Made by a program: the position numbers and the translations under genes. 64,000 nt of DNA, from positions 62,001 through 126,000 of IMG/VR virus record IMGVR_UViG_3300031963_000026, one strand, 5' to 3'. The notes beneath the pieces are model-generated. The model did not search any database, was not told the origin of the DNA, and saw nothing but the letters and a program-made list of their open reading frames with translations. Shown one piece after another: positions 52,778-62,182 of this stretch. This DNA comes from an uncultured virus (IMG/VR IMGVR_UViG_3300031963_000026) (taxonomy: Duplodnaviria > Heunggongvirae > Uroviricota > Caudoviricetes). The first letter of the stretch is position 1; every line of letters starts with the position of its first letter.

Positions 52778-53638
52778 TTAATATTTCTTTTTTATACCTC
52801 CGGTCGTTGAATAAGTTGTTAAATCAACTCCTTCGGGTTTATTTTTTTCAAAATGAGTTTTCATTTTTTCAACGTTTCTAATATCATCATCTGAAAATCC
52901 AATCATAGGTATGAACTTATTAGCAATCTTTTCTTTCATGAAAGCTCTTTTATGAATTTTCTTAGCAATTTTTTTAACGTGATCAATAAAATCATTCATA
53001 GCATCAATTTTACCCTCTTCGGGGTTTGAAGCACTTCCCGAACCATAACTAACTGGTGAAAATTGACACATATCTAAATATTCACGAATAATTTCATCAT
53101 CCGACATATCTTCCATATCATCAATAGATCTGTAATTTCTTAGATTTTTAATCAAAAGTTTTTTATTAATACCATTGTGATTTGATACTATCATATTATA
53201 TACCGATTCTTTCAGAGTATCGGGTTTGTGACCTCTAGCCGTTATAATAGCAAACACCGAACCACCATTAATCGCTTCAATAAAATCATCCCAAGCCGGA
53301 CCAGTATCGGCAACCATTGAATCAATCAAAAAATCCTTATCACCTTCAGTTCTAAAGTTTCTAAATGGGTCATCTGCAAATCCTACAATAGTTCTACCTT
53401 TATATTTAAAGGGTTCTTTACCAATCTCTGTTCGGTACTCAGCAAAATCCTCCGTTCCCATAGGTACTTCATCCCCATCCTCATCTTCTAACATGATTTT
53501 GGTCGGCATATAAAGTAAATTATCATCCCAATCAAAAGCATAATACTTCATGTCAGGAGTTCCTTTGTCACCAATCCCCTCGTTAATGTATGAGGGAATT
53601 AGTGATTTTAGGATTCTATTTTTTAATAGATCTTTCAT
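52778..53638 (-). CDS. HAD-superfamily phosphatase-like protein
   Basis: YAFDWDDNL (motif I), IITARG (II), K (III) and GFSDDD (IV). Confidence 0.7.
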   Translation of the reverse strand: MKDLLKNRILKSLIPSYINEGIGDKGTPDMKYYAFDWDDNLLYMPTKIMLEDEDGDEVPMGTEDFAEYRTEIGKEPFKYKGRTIVGFADDPFRNFRTEGDKDFLIDSMVADTGPAWDDFIEAINGGSVFAIITARGHKPDTLKESVYNMIVSNHNGINKKLLIKNLRNYRSIDDMEDMSDDEIIREYLDMCQFSPVSYGSGSASNPEEGKIDAMNDFIDHVKKIAKKIHKRAFMKEKIANKFIPMIGFSDDDIRNVEKMKTHFEKNKPEGVDLTTYSTTGGIKKKY

Positions 53639-53641
53639 TTA

Positions 53642-56600
53642 TTAGATATTTTCAAAAGACGCACCTGTTGGTGTAATTAAGAACTCGATATCAATGAATT
53701 CCAAAGATTTAGTTGGTTTAATATAAACTTTACCCACCAATTGGTTTCTATCCAAATCTTCGGGTGAAGAACTTACCGTAACTCTGAAATCATATAGACC
53801 TCTATCTCTTCTAATTGAATCCAAAATAGGATTAACCGCATCTAAGAAATCTTGTCTAACTTTCTCATCGTTTTGTTCAAACAACAATCTAACCGCAACC
53901 GCTGAAATTAATTTACGAGCTTGTAACAACAATCTTCTAACATTTAATCTGTCAAGTGCTGATTGTGCAACTTGTAGTGTTTTATTACCCCAAATTACAG
54001 TTCCAACATCTGAGAAAGTTGCGATAGGATTAATTCTTCCTTGATACAATGTATCTCTATCTGTTTGAGTTAGTTTTCTTCTTGCTTTTACCGAATTAAC
54101 CAAACCTCTAGTATAACCCGCCGATGCGAACCAAGGGAAAGCTATATTATCGGTAAGTGCTAAGTTTCTACAAACCTCACCTGTTGGTGGAAGATAAATT
54201 TGTGTGTTATTAACAGTATCTCTAACTAAAATCCAAGGATAATAAGTTGATGTATAGTTAGAATCAATACCAGTATCATCCAAAGTATTAACAGCTTCAG
54301 TCGGATCAATGAAATCTTGTGAATCCACCGTTGAAACCAATAGGTCAATATCGGGAGTTGTTGTGATATAGATCGAATCCGCTCTATCTTGCTCAACCAT
54401 CTCAATTGCGTTTTCAACTAAGTTACTGTTATTTACATAATCAATACCCGGAGTTGCGAATACGTTAATATTAGTTGCTTCAGGATTTGCGAATGTTTGA
54501 ATACCAATTAAGTAAGCATAATAGTCAGTTGTTGCATAATCGGTAGTGTTATTACCATATGTATATGGTCTAAACGCACCCCAACCAGTTGCCGATGGAT
54601 ATCTTGTATCACAAGTAGATGAAACACCTTTCTGATATCCTGTACCACCTAAAATAAATTCATCACCATTAGATCTTCTTTCTCTATAAATGTCCCAACC
54701 ATCAAAACCACCTTGAACTAAGAATGTGAATTTACGTGATTGTATTTTATAATATGGATTAGCGGGATCTGTTGGGTCTGTTGTGAAACTTGTTGATCCA
54801 ACTTCAAATGCCGATGTTCCTGAAGATAGGTATGAATTTGCGATAGTTACTACCGTAGCACCACTATCCATGTGGAAACCTTTAGTTTGATAAGTCCAAC
54901 TTGATGCCTCATTACAAATACTTGTTGGGTTTTGTTTTCCTTTATATTGGAACAAATCGGAGTCAATACCCAATTGTGATGAAAATCCTAAGTAAGTAGT
55001 TCTAACTTTATCACCACTTGATGTTGTTGAATTATCTGCCGAACCTGTAGCATTTCCAAATGGTGGGTTGTAAATAACTTCACCAGGGAAATCATACTTA
55101 GTTTTATATACAGGTTGTGGTGGTGTGTTTGATGTTGAAGAATAGGTTCTTTCAATTAAACCTTCAAAACCACAAGGAATGGCATCTACAGGTGCATCAT
55201 AATTAAGCTCCAACATAATAAACTTAGAGTTTAATTGGTATTCACCATCAGAGGTACCAACTTTAACACCAATGTAACTATTTTGACTAGGATCCATTGT
55301 ACAGTTTGTGAATTTCTCCAAAATAACAGGATTTGTGTCCGTATCGTAAAAATCCCTAACAGCAATATCAAAAGTTAAATTATTGAACGACATATTCAAT
55401 ATTGAAACTTTAACTTGTGTATTAGCAGCATTACCATCTGAAATTGTAATTACTTTGAAAAGTTCATACACCTGATTACCTCGAAGTTCTGAAACCACCC
55501 AAGGAGAACTTGGTGTTTGGTAAGGATCTAAGAAATAAGCCATAGTTCCTGTTGTGTTAGCAGCTCTCAACCCCGGTAACTGAATTAAACTTGTGCTTAG
55601 TCCTCTAATGTAACCTTTATTATAACCAAAATTCAACAAGTTAGGATAAATTTCTTCTACGAAAAGAGGAACTACTGTTCTGTCTTTACCAAAATTATCT
55701 TTACCCAATACTTTACTCAAATAGTTAGTTCCTGTTTGTTGCATTGACGCAGTTAGTGTGAATGGTGTGGAATTTGAAGTTGTTAAACCTGAAATTTGGA
55801 ATTCTGTGTATGGATTTTTAGTTACACCGCTATTTACATCTACCAAATTAACATTTGATTGAGCACTTACAACAAAATCGGGTCCCGCAACTCCGGAACC
55901 GTAATTAGAAACACCTCTTGATCTCAATGTTGCAACCACCATATTATTATATGCTGAATATGCAGTACCTGACCAACCAAAAGTTTGTCCCGAAATCGTT
56001 CCCGTGTATGATGTGTAAGATCCAGCACTTAAACCTCCCGACAATGAACTTAAGAAAGTTACAAAAGAACGACCAACATACGCATTGCCCGAACTGATAT
56101 TAAACAATGAATAATACCAAGGATCATTTAAATAAGATGTGTAATCCTGAGATGATGCGTTTGTGTTATAAACACCTAAAACGTTTGTTGAAGCCGTGTA
56201 AGCACCTGATGTATATGTTGTGTTAGTTGCCGATGGTAAACTACCAAAAATATATGATGTTGCACCTGAATTAACTTGAACAACCGCAGCGGTATCATTA
56301 CCAAAAACCGTTAATAATAAATTTTGTAAATCTGTTGTAAATGTTGAAGTACTACCATCTATTTTAGTATATGACGCATTTACGTCTGTATATGCTGACA
56401 ATCCGTTTGTTAAAATATTTACAGTTCCCGTTGAGTTAGCACTAAATGTAACTGTGAATCCAACAGGTGTATTACCTGTAATACCAATTGTTGATGTATT
56501 TGGATTTGCAATCGTTTTGATAGTCCAAGATGGTCCTGCATCATATCCTGATAGACCTAATATTCTTGATACAAATAACTGATTTGATTGTTGTAAATAT

Positions 56601-56848
56601 GATTTTGCAATATATGCCATTTCATATTTAGGAATTTGTGTGTTCACAAATTTTTCTGTTGAAGTTCCACCGAAATATGTTTCATACTCATCAAAACTAG
56701 TGATAAAAATTGGTTCGAAAGCGGGACCTTTTAGTGCCTCACCAACCAAACCCAATGTTGTAACACCAACACTTTGAGCAACAAAACTTAAATCCCTTTC
56801 TGAGGTATAAACCCCAGGTGAAACGAATACCTTATTTGCTGTAGCCAT
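53642..56848 (-). CDS. Tail sheath protein (T4 gp18-like) with insertions
   Basis: SPGVYTSERDLS, YYPW, PWFASAGYTRG, RINPI, WGNKTL, LNVRRLL and PTKSLEFIDIEF motifs. Confidence 0.95.
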   Translation of the reverse strand: MATANKVFVSPGVYTSERDLSFVAQSVGVTTLGLVGEALKGPAFEPIFITSFDEYETYFGGTSTEKFVNTQIPKYEMAYIAKSYLQQSNQLFVSRILGLSGYDAGPSWTIKTIANPNTSTIGITGNTPVGFTVTFSANSTGTVNILTNGLSAYTDVNASYTKIDGSTSTFTTDLQNLLLTVFGNDTAAVVQVNSGATSYIFGSLPSATNTTYTSGAYTASTNVLGVYNTNASSQDYTSYLNDPWYYSLFNISSGNAYVGRSFVTFLSSLSGGLSAGSYTSYTGTISGQTFGWSGTAYSAYNNMVVATLRSRGVSNYGSGVAGPDFVVSAQSNVNLVDVNSGVTKNPYTEFQISGLTTSNSTPFTLTASMQQTGTNYLSKVLGKDNFGKDRTVVPLFVEEIYPNLLNFGYNKGYIRGLSTSLIQLPGLRAANTTGTMAYFLDPYQTPSSPWVVSELRGNQVYELFKVITISDGNAANTQVKVSILNMSFNNLTFDIAVRDFYDTDTNPVILEKFTNCTMDPSQNSYIGVKVGTSDGEYQLNSKFIMLELNYDAPVDAIPCGFEGLIERTYSSTSNTPPQPVYKTKYDFPGEVIYNPPFGNATGSADNSTTSSGDKVRTTYLGFSSQLGIDSDLFQYKGKQNPTSICNEASSWTYQTKGFHMDSGATVVTIANSYLSSGTSAFEVGSTSFTTDPTDPANPYYKIQSRKFTFLVQGGFDGWDIYRERRSNGDEFILGGTGYQKGVSSTCDTRYPSATGWGAFRPYTYGNNTTDYATTDYYAYLIGIQTFANPEATNINVFATPGIDYVNNSNLVENAIEMVEQDRADSIYITTTPDIDLLVSTVDSQDFIDPTEAVNTLDDTGIDSNYTSTYYPWILVRDTVNNTQIYLPPTGEVCRNLALTDNIAFPWFASAGYTRGLVNSVKARRKLTQTDRDTLYQGRINPIATFSDVGTVIWGNKTLQVAQSALDRLNVRRLLLQARKLISAVAVRLLFEQNDEKVRQDFLDAVNPILDSIRRDRGLYDFRVTVSSSPEDLDRNQLVGKVYIKPTKSLEFIDIEFLITPTGASFENI

Positions 56849-56970
56849 TATAATAAAAGTTTTTTAATTTATTTACCATAAATACTTTACTTTTAACCAA
56901 AAACCGAAGATAATATAAAGTTCATTATCTTTATTTCTACTAAAAATATCTTTTTTTGATATTTAACGAT

Positions 56971-57129
56971 ATGGATACCGAGAAAGTCAAAAACGTTAAA
57001 ATAAGTAAGACCTCACATGATTTATTAAAATCATATTGTGACGACCGTGGATTAAAAATTTATAAGTTTTTGGAAAAACTAATTAAAGATAATTGTAAAT
57101 CTAAAAAAGATTTATACGGTGACAATTAA
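56971..57129 (+). CDS. Ribbon-helix-helix DNA-binding protein (52 aa); not in the ORF track
   Basis: MDTEKVKNVKISKTSHDLLKSYCDDRGLKIYKFLEKLIKDNCKSKKDLYGDN: beta strand with alternating pattern, helix, G turn, helix. Confidence 0.7.
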   Translation: MDTEKVKNVKISKTSHDLLKSYCDDRGLKIYKFLEKLIKDNCKSKKDLYGDN

Positions 57130-58160
57130 ACTAATACTGTTTTATAAACAATAAATCCATTTTGACCCGAATCTGTTAACACAACATCGGTTCTTAGAAC
57201 ATCCCCCGAATTTATCTCAAGAATTGGTGTTGTAATGAGAACATTATTAATGTAAGTTGAATACGATGATATATTACTTGAATCATTAACACTCATATTC
57301 ACTTTATATTGTATGGTTCTTGTATCTGAAGTATAAGATGAATTAAAATTAATAGTAGTTTCAAATGTTTCAGGATTATCGGGATATTTTTTTCTTTTTT
57401 GGTTTGGTTTTTTACCATCCAACTCAAACATAGTGAATTGTCTTGAAATTGCCGGTTTTACTTGGAACTCGTTTTCGTCCAAAAGGAACCCTTGTAGTGT
57501 AAAACTGTATTTTTGTAAGTAGAATTTTCTTTTCTCAACATCCATAACCGATTCATCAACAATATCACCCCTTAATATGGGAATATAATGTCCTTTTATT
57601 ACGGTATAAGCTTGTCGAGATGCGAATTTTTCTATAATAACTTTATTGAAAGAATTAACTTCTCTCATTCTGTTACATATAATATAAACGTTATATGTTA
57701 TATCAATCGGAACGGGTTGTGGTATGGAATAAACATCAACACCTTTTCTAGTTCCATCCCATGTTGGAACCGCAACGTATTGATATTGTCTTCTATTAGG
57801 AATATTGAACATTCCACCATATGTTTGTCCAAATTGTACCTCGGGAACTCTAACCACAGTAACAAATGGTAATGAAACGTTTTTATCCAAGTCCTGCGTA
57901 TCCCAAGTTTGTGTAAATTGTGCCCAATTTTGAGTTGTAATAATAAGATCTAAAGTAGGAACAATTTTTCCTTCACTTATAATTTGTAATTCATCCTTAA
58001 CAAAATCCAAAAATCCTCTATCTAAGTCCGCATGAAGTATAGATTTTGGTAAATATGTCCCATCCTCATTGATTTTATCAAGAAGTTCTTGCCTTCTAGC
58101 CGGTCCAAATTTGGGTTCAACTAAAGGTAATGTTGGTATTATTTTCTTAGGTAACGCCAT
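57126..58160 (-). CDS. Tail terminator / sheath stabiliser (T4 gp15-like)
   Basis: LPFVTVVR and PQPVPIDITYNV motifs; position between neck and sheath genes. Confidence 0.6.
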   Translation of the reverse strand: MALPKKIIPTLPLVEPKFGPARRQELLDKINEDGTYLPKSILHADLDRGFLDFVKDELQIISEGKIVPTLDLIITTQNWAQFTQTWDTQDLDKNVSLPFVTVVRVPEVQFGQTYGGMFNIPNRRQYQYVAVPTWDGTRKGVDVYSIPQPVPIDITYNVYIICNRMREVNSFNKVIIEKFASRQAYTVIKGHYIPILRGDIVDESVMDVEKRKFYLQKYSFTLQGFLLDENEFQVKPAISRQFTMFELDGKKPNQKRKKYPDNPETFETTINFNSSYTSDTRTIQYKVNMSVNDSSNISSYSTYINNVLITTPILEINSGDVLRTDVVLTDSGQNGFIVYKTVLV

Positions 58161-58162
58161 TA

Positions 58163-58678
58163 TTATATTCCATTAAATTCATTTCTATTAACAGGTACCG
58201 CCACGAATGTTCTATAAAAAGGTTTATATCCGCCATAAGTATGTTTCAAATCTGAAGTAACACGACCATCATTAGCTACACTATAATACCTTACTTTTGA
58301 TTCCGTTTCATAATATGCAATATAATCACCGTATTCTATATCAATACTTAATTCATCCAATTCTTTTTGATACACCGAAAACGTCATGTTACCTGGTTCC
58401 ATTTGATCTAACTTACTGTTTCCAATAAATTTGTTTTCAGGTGCAACAATCTTAACATACGCTTTGAACTCCACAGGGGGTTGATAGGTAATACCACCTT
58501 CGGGTGCTTCACCATAAACATCGTCTTTTTTGGTTTTACTTTTATCCACTTTATATAAAACCAAAGTAAAGTTCATATCACCTTCCAACCATTCACGACC
58601 CATCTCAATATCTAAGTCGTAGTCTTCAGCTCCAAAAAACTTTCCTAATCTTGTTATCGGTACTTTACGCTCTGCCAT
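58163..58678 (-). CDS. Neck / head-closure protein (gp14-like)
   Basis: DDVYGEA...PVEFKAYV...GDYI motifs; position. Confidence 0.55.
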   Translation of the reverse strand: MAERKVPITRLGKFFGAEDYDLDIEMGREWLEGDMNFTLVLYKVDKSKTKKDDVYGEAPEGGITYQPPVEFKAYVKIVAPENKFIGNSKLDQMEPGNMTFSVYQKELDELSIDIEYGDYIAYYETESKVRYYSVANDGRVTSDLKHTYGGYKPFYRTFVAVPVNRNEFNGI

Positions 58679-58682
58679 ATTG

Positions 58683-58689
58683 ATAAATA
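58683..58689 (-). promoter_or_regulatory. TATTTAT putative late promoter (representative copy)
   Basis: Same strand-oriented heptamer just upstream of many genes. Minus strand: 8721, 18971, 27414, 29780, 30155, 33504, 37903, 49457, 51235, 52719, 56878. Plus strand: 60481, 60824, 61180, 61530, 61880, 62228, 63734. Confidence 0.75.
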
Positions 58690-58720
58690 CTTGATTGTTT
58701 ATTATATTTACCTTTTAAGT

Positions 58721-60475
58721 ATGAATGAAATAAAAATCAATCAACCGCTTGAAATCAGAGCACTTGATGTCCTTGATAGTTATTCAGGGGCAAACAATTA
58801 TATTATTAAATTAAAAATCAAAAAAGATACCAATAAAAAGTTCTATCCAACAAGAAACCAAGCGGAATATATCTTGGCTTATAAAGATTCCGTTCCAAAA
58901 GTTGCAAGAAAATGGGTGGAACTTGATATGTATTTTGCCAATAAATTTGCTGATGAAAAATTATTAACCGAAGTTCCAACCAAAATATGGGTTGAGAAGT
59001 TATTGGTTGAAAAAGATACGTCTTATCACATTTGGGGTAAGTATTTTGAACACGAGGAATTATATGATTTTTGGATTCCTAAATCAGGAATTATTAAAGA
59101 TACTTCTGTTAAGGTTGTTATTGACTATGAAAAGTATTCACATAGACCGCCTCTTTCACACCAAAAAGAAGGTATTGAGAAATTAGTTGGAAATAAAAAA
59201 TACATTCTTGCCGATGATATGGGTTTGGGGAAGACAACACAAACAATTATTGCTGCGTTGGAGACAGGGGTTGAGAAGGTTTTAATTATTAGTCCTGCAT
59301 CATTGAAGATCAACTGGCAACGTGAGATTGAAAATTACACGGATAGATCGGTTGTAATTATTGATGGGAAGAAATGGGAATCCGCCGATTTTGTTATCGT
59401 AAATTATGACATTTTGAAAAACTTTCATGATCCAAAAAATCGGGAAGAAAGTCAAATATTGAATGAAGGATTTGGGTTGGTCATTATTGATGAAGCACAT
59501 TATATTCAAAACACACAAGCACAAAGAACAAAACTTATTAACGATTTTGTTAAAAAAATTGATAGATTATGGTTATTAACCGGAACACCAATGACATCAA
59601 GACCAATAAACTATTATAACTTATTAAGTTTGATTGATTCACCCGTTGCAATGAATTGGATGGCTTATGTTATGAGATATTGTGAAGGTTATCAATTCAA
59701 GGTAGGGAATAGAAAAGTTTGGAATGTTAATGGTGCGTCAAATCTTGAAGAATTAAGAGATAGAACATCTCGTCAAGTATTAAGAAGATTAAAAACCGAC
59801 GTATTGGATCTTCCTGAAAAAATCATCACACCCGTTTATCTTAAATTGAAATCTTATGAATATGAACGATTGATGGGTGAATATTATGATTGGTATGATA
59901 ACTCTAAAGAATCTACCTCATTAACCGTACAATTCACTAAATTAATGAAGGTTAGACAGGTTATATCGGAAGAAAAAGTAAAATCAACAATTGAATTATG
60001 TGAAAACATTATTGAACAAGGAAAGAAAGTAATTGTTTTTACCAATTTTACCAACTCGTTAAACTCTATCTTATCTCACTTCGGAAAAAAAGCGGTTGGT
60101 CTTGATGGTAGTATGCCTCAAGGTATGAGACAAGATAACGTTGATAAATTCCAAAATGATGAAAATATTATGGTGTTTGTTGGGAACATTAAAGCAGCTG
60201 GGGTTGGTATCACATTAACATCTGCGGAAGTTGTTGTTATGAATGACCTGTCATTTGTACCGTCAGATCACTCACAAGCCGAGGATCGTGCTTATCGTTA
60301 TGGTCAAAAAAATAACGTTTTGGTATATTATCCTATTTTTGATAACACGATTGAGGGTATTATTTATAACATTCTACAAAAGAAGAAAAACATCTTTGAA
60401 ACCGTTATGGGGGATAATTTAAGTAAGGGTGATATGGTGGAGGAAATCATGAATATGATTAACACAAAAAGATAA
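58721..60475 (+). CDS. SNF2-family helicase (SMARCAL1/HARP-like)
   Basis: LADDMGLGKT, DEAH, LTGTP, AAGVGITLT and QAEDRAYRYGQ motifs; ATG at 58721 is more likely than the TTG at 58691. Confidence 0.9.
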   Translation: MNEIKINQPLEIRALDVLDSYSGANNYIIKLKIKKDTNKKFYPTRNQAEYILAYKDSVPKVARKWVELDMYFANKFADEKLLTEVPTKIWVEKLLVEKDTSYHIWGKYFEHEELYDFWIPKSGIIKDTSVKVVIDYEKYSHRPPLSHQKEGIEKLVGNKKYILADDMGLGKTTQTIIAALETGVEKVLIISPASLKINWQREIENYTDRSVVIIDGKKWESADFVIVNYDILKNFHDPKNREESQILNEGFGLVIIDEAHYIQNTQAQRTKLINDFVKKIDRLWLLTGTPMTSRPINYYNLLSLIDSPVAMNWMAYVMRYCEGYQFKVGNRKVWNVNGASNLEELRDRTSRQVLRRLKTDVLDLPEKIITPVYLKLKSYEYERLMGEYYDWYDNSKESTSLTVQFTKLMKVRQVISEEKVKSTIELCENIIEQGKKVIVFTNFTNSLNSILSHFGKKAVGLDGSMPQGMRQDNVDKFQNDENIMVFVGNIKAAGVGITLTSAEVVVMNDLSFVPSDHSQAEDRAYRYGQKNNVLVYYPIFDNTIEGIIYNILQKKKNIFETVMGDNLSKGDMVEEIMNMINTKR

Positions 60476-60491
60476 TGATATATTTATCATT

Positions 60492-60815
60492 ATGAAAGTT
60501 AAAGTAACAGAAGATAAGTTATACCCTGTTTTCAAAAAATTTATGGAAACTCAGTTTAAGAATTATGAATGGATCGAAGATAATTATGATGTTGTTTTGT
60601 TTATGAGTCCCGGAGGAGATTCTTATTTGGCGTTGAGTAAAGATAAAACTTTATTAATTTATGCTAAAACCGCAAAAAAAATCCTTAATTACCTTCCTAT
60701 GGAACGATCTATGTTCCTATCACTTATGACTAGATGGGTAGGAGAGACCTTAAATATTAAGGGTATAACCCTCTCGCAGTTTCAACAGTTGGTTTTGATT
60801 AGCCTTAATAGATAA
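60492..60815 (+). CDS. Tandem paralog family, copy 1
   Basis: Conserved start MKVKVTEDKLYPVFKKFMETQFKNYEW; own TATTTAT motif. Confidence 0.85.
   Translation: MKVKVTEDKLYPVFKKFMETQFKNYEWIEDNYDVVLFMSPGGDSYLALSKDKTLLIYAKTAKKILNYLPMERSMFLSLMTRWVGETLNIKGITLSQFQQLVLISLNR
60738..60803. CRISPR. Degenerate repeat + ~30-nt spacer-like segment (unit 1)
   Basis: GTAGGAGAGACCTTAAATATTAAGGGTATAACCCTC (36 nt) then TCGCAGTTTCAACAGTTGGTTTTGATTAGC. No second repeat is recognisable, so the spacer end is set by analogy. Confidence 0.3.
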
Positions 60816-60834
60816 TAATAATATATTTATCATT

Positions 60835-61176
60835 ATGAAAGTTAAAGTAACAGAAGAAAAGTTATATCCATTATTCAAAAAATTCATGGAAACTCAGTTT
60901 AAGAAATATGAATGGAGAAAAGGTAAATTTGATTCCATTTGGTTCATAGACCCTGAAGGATATGGTCACATGGGATTGTTGAAAAATAAAGAGTTATTAA
61001 TCTATCGTGAGATTAAAGATCAAATTCTTCGCTACATTCCTATGGAAAAATCTATGTTACAAACACTTATGAGTAAGTGGGTAGAAGAAACCCTTCAAGT
61101 TGAAGGGTTAACCGTTCCCACTGTACCCCAATTTACAATACCGCGTTTTTATGATGGTGATACCTTTCCATTATAA
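60835..61176 (+). CDS. Tandem paralog family, copy 2
   Basis: Same N-terminus; ends DGDTFPL. Confidence 0.85.
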   Translation: MKVKVTEEKLYPLFKKFMETQFKKYEWRKGKFDSIWFIDPEGYGHMGLLKNKELLIYREIKDQILRYIPMEKSMLQTLMSKWVEETLQVEGLTVPTVPQFTIPRFYDGDTFPL

Positions 61177-61188
61177 GAATATTTATCA
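61081..61188. CRISPR. Repeat-spacer-degenerate repeat (unit 2)
   Basis: GTAGAAGAAACCCTTCAAGTTGAAGGGTTAACCGTT (palindromic core AACCCTTCAA/TTGAAGGGTT), 36 unique nt, then GATGGTGATACCTTTCCATTATAAG... Confidence 0.45.
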
Positions 61189-61190
61189 AT

Positions 61191-61526
61191 ATGAAAGTTA
61201 AAGTAACAGAAGATAAGTTATACCCTGTTTTCAAAAAATTTATGGAAACTCAGTTTAAGAATTATGAATGGAGAAAAGATCGGAATGATGACATTTGGTT
61301 TTCAGATCCTAAAGGGTATGGTCATTTGGGATTGGTACACATTAAGGATTTATTGATCTATCGTGATATTAGAAAAAAAATACTTCGTTATCTTCCTATG
61401 GAACAATCTATGTTAAACTCACTTATGAGTAAGTGGGTAGAAGAGACCCTTCAAGTTAAGGGGTTAGCCCCCACTTTGGCAAGACACGAATCCTATCCAT
61501 TAGTTGATGGATCCTTTCCATTATAA
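61191..61526 (+). CDS. Tandem paralog family, copy 3
   Basis: Same N-terminus; ends VDGSFPL. Confidence 0.85.
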   Translation: MKVKVTEDKLYPVFKKFMETQFKNYEWRKDRNDDIWFSDPKGYGHLGLVHIKDLLIYRDIRKKILRYLPMEQSMLNSLMSKWVEETLQVKGLAPTLARHESYPLVDGSFPL

Positions 61527-61538
61527 GAATATTTATCA
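61437..61538. CRISPR. Repeat-spacer-degenerate repeat (unit 3)
   Basis: 36-nt repeat 61437-61472, 30-nt spacer ACTTTGGCAAGACACGAATCCTATCCATTA, then GTTGATGGATCCTTTCCATTATAAG... Confidence 0.55.
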
Positions 61539-61540
61539 TT

Positions 61541-61849
61541 ATGAAAGTTAAAGTAACAGAAGAAAAGTTATATCCAGTATTCAAAAAATTTATGGAAACT
61601 CAGTTTAAGAATTATGAATGGACAAAAGATGAATATGGGTGTATTGATTTTGTGGATCCTGAAGGATTTGGTCATTTGGAATTGGAAAACAATGAAGATT
61701 TATGGGTTTATGGTGATATTAAAGATCAAATTCTTCGCTACATTCCTATGGAAGAATATATGTTAGAATCACTTATGGGTAGATGGGTTGGAGATACCTT
61801 TCAAATTGAGGGTATAAACACCAGTATAGAATCGTTTCCAAATTTTTAA
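61541..61849 (+). CDS. Tandem paralog family, copy 4
   Basis: Stops at a TAA inside the spacer; the same frame continues IVENAFPL* to 61876. Confidence 0.85.
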   Translation: MKVKVTEEKLYPVFKKFMETQFKNYEWTKDEYGCIDFVDPEGFGHLELENNEDLWVYGDIKDQILRYIPMEEYMLESLMGRWVGDTFQIEGINTSIESFPNF

Positions 61850-61888
61850 ATCGTTGAAAATGCCTTTCCATTGTAAGAATATTTATAT
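61787..61888. CRISPR. Repeat-spacer-degenerate repeat (unit 4), type VI-B-like
   Basis: GTTGGAGATACCTTTCAAATTGAGGGTATAAACACC (36 nt), 30-nt spacer AGTATAGAATCGTTTCCAAATTTTTAAATC, then GTTGAAAATGCCTTTCCATTGTAAG... Confidence 0.65.
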
Positions 61889-61891
61889 GGT

Positions 61892-62182
61892 ATGAAAGTC
61901 AAGGTAACAGAAGAAAAGTTATATCCAGTTTTCAAAAAATTCATGGAAACTCAGTTTAAGAAATATGAATGGAGAAAAGATGAACTTGGGACTATTTGGT
62001 TTATGGATCCTGAAGGATTTGGTGATCTGGAATTGGGAGATAAAAATTTATGGGTTCATCGTGATATTAAAAATAAAATTCTTCGTTATCTTCCTATGGA
62101 AGAATCTATGTTAGACTCGCTTATATCTAGATGGGTTGGAGATACTTTTCAAATTGAGGGTATAAACATCCTCGAGATGTGA
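61892..62182 (+). CDS. Tandem paralog family, copy 5
   Basis: Stops at a TGA inside the spacer; the same frame continues LPW*EEVGDTFPL* to 62224. Confidence 0.85.
   Translation: MKVKVTEEKLYPVFKKFMETQFKKYEWRKDELGTIWFMDPEGFGDLELGDKNLWVHRDIKNKILRYLPMEESMLDSLISRWVGDTFQIEGINILEM

Noticed and set aside
29313..56848. Bacterial contractile injection system or prophage
   Set aside because: Neck, primase, helicase, SSB and RNR genes are interleaved and no host housekeeping genes or integrase are seen; this fits a large phage genome.
535..59524. Many 60-105 aa ORFs nested within or antisense to long genes
   Set aside because: They overlap well-supported genes and show no recognisable motifs or start signals.
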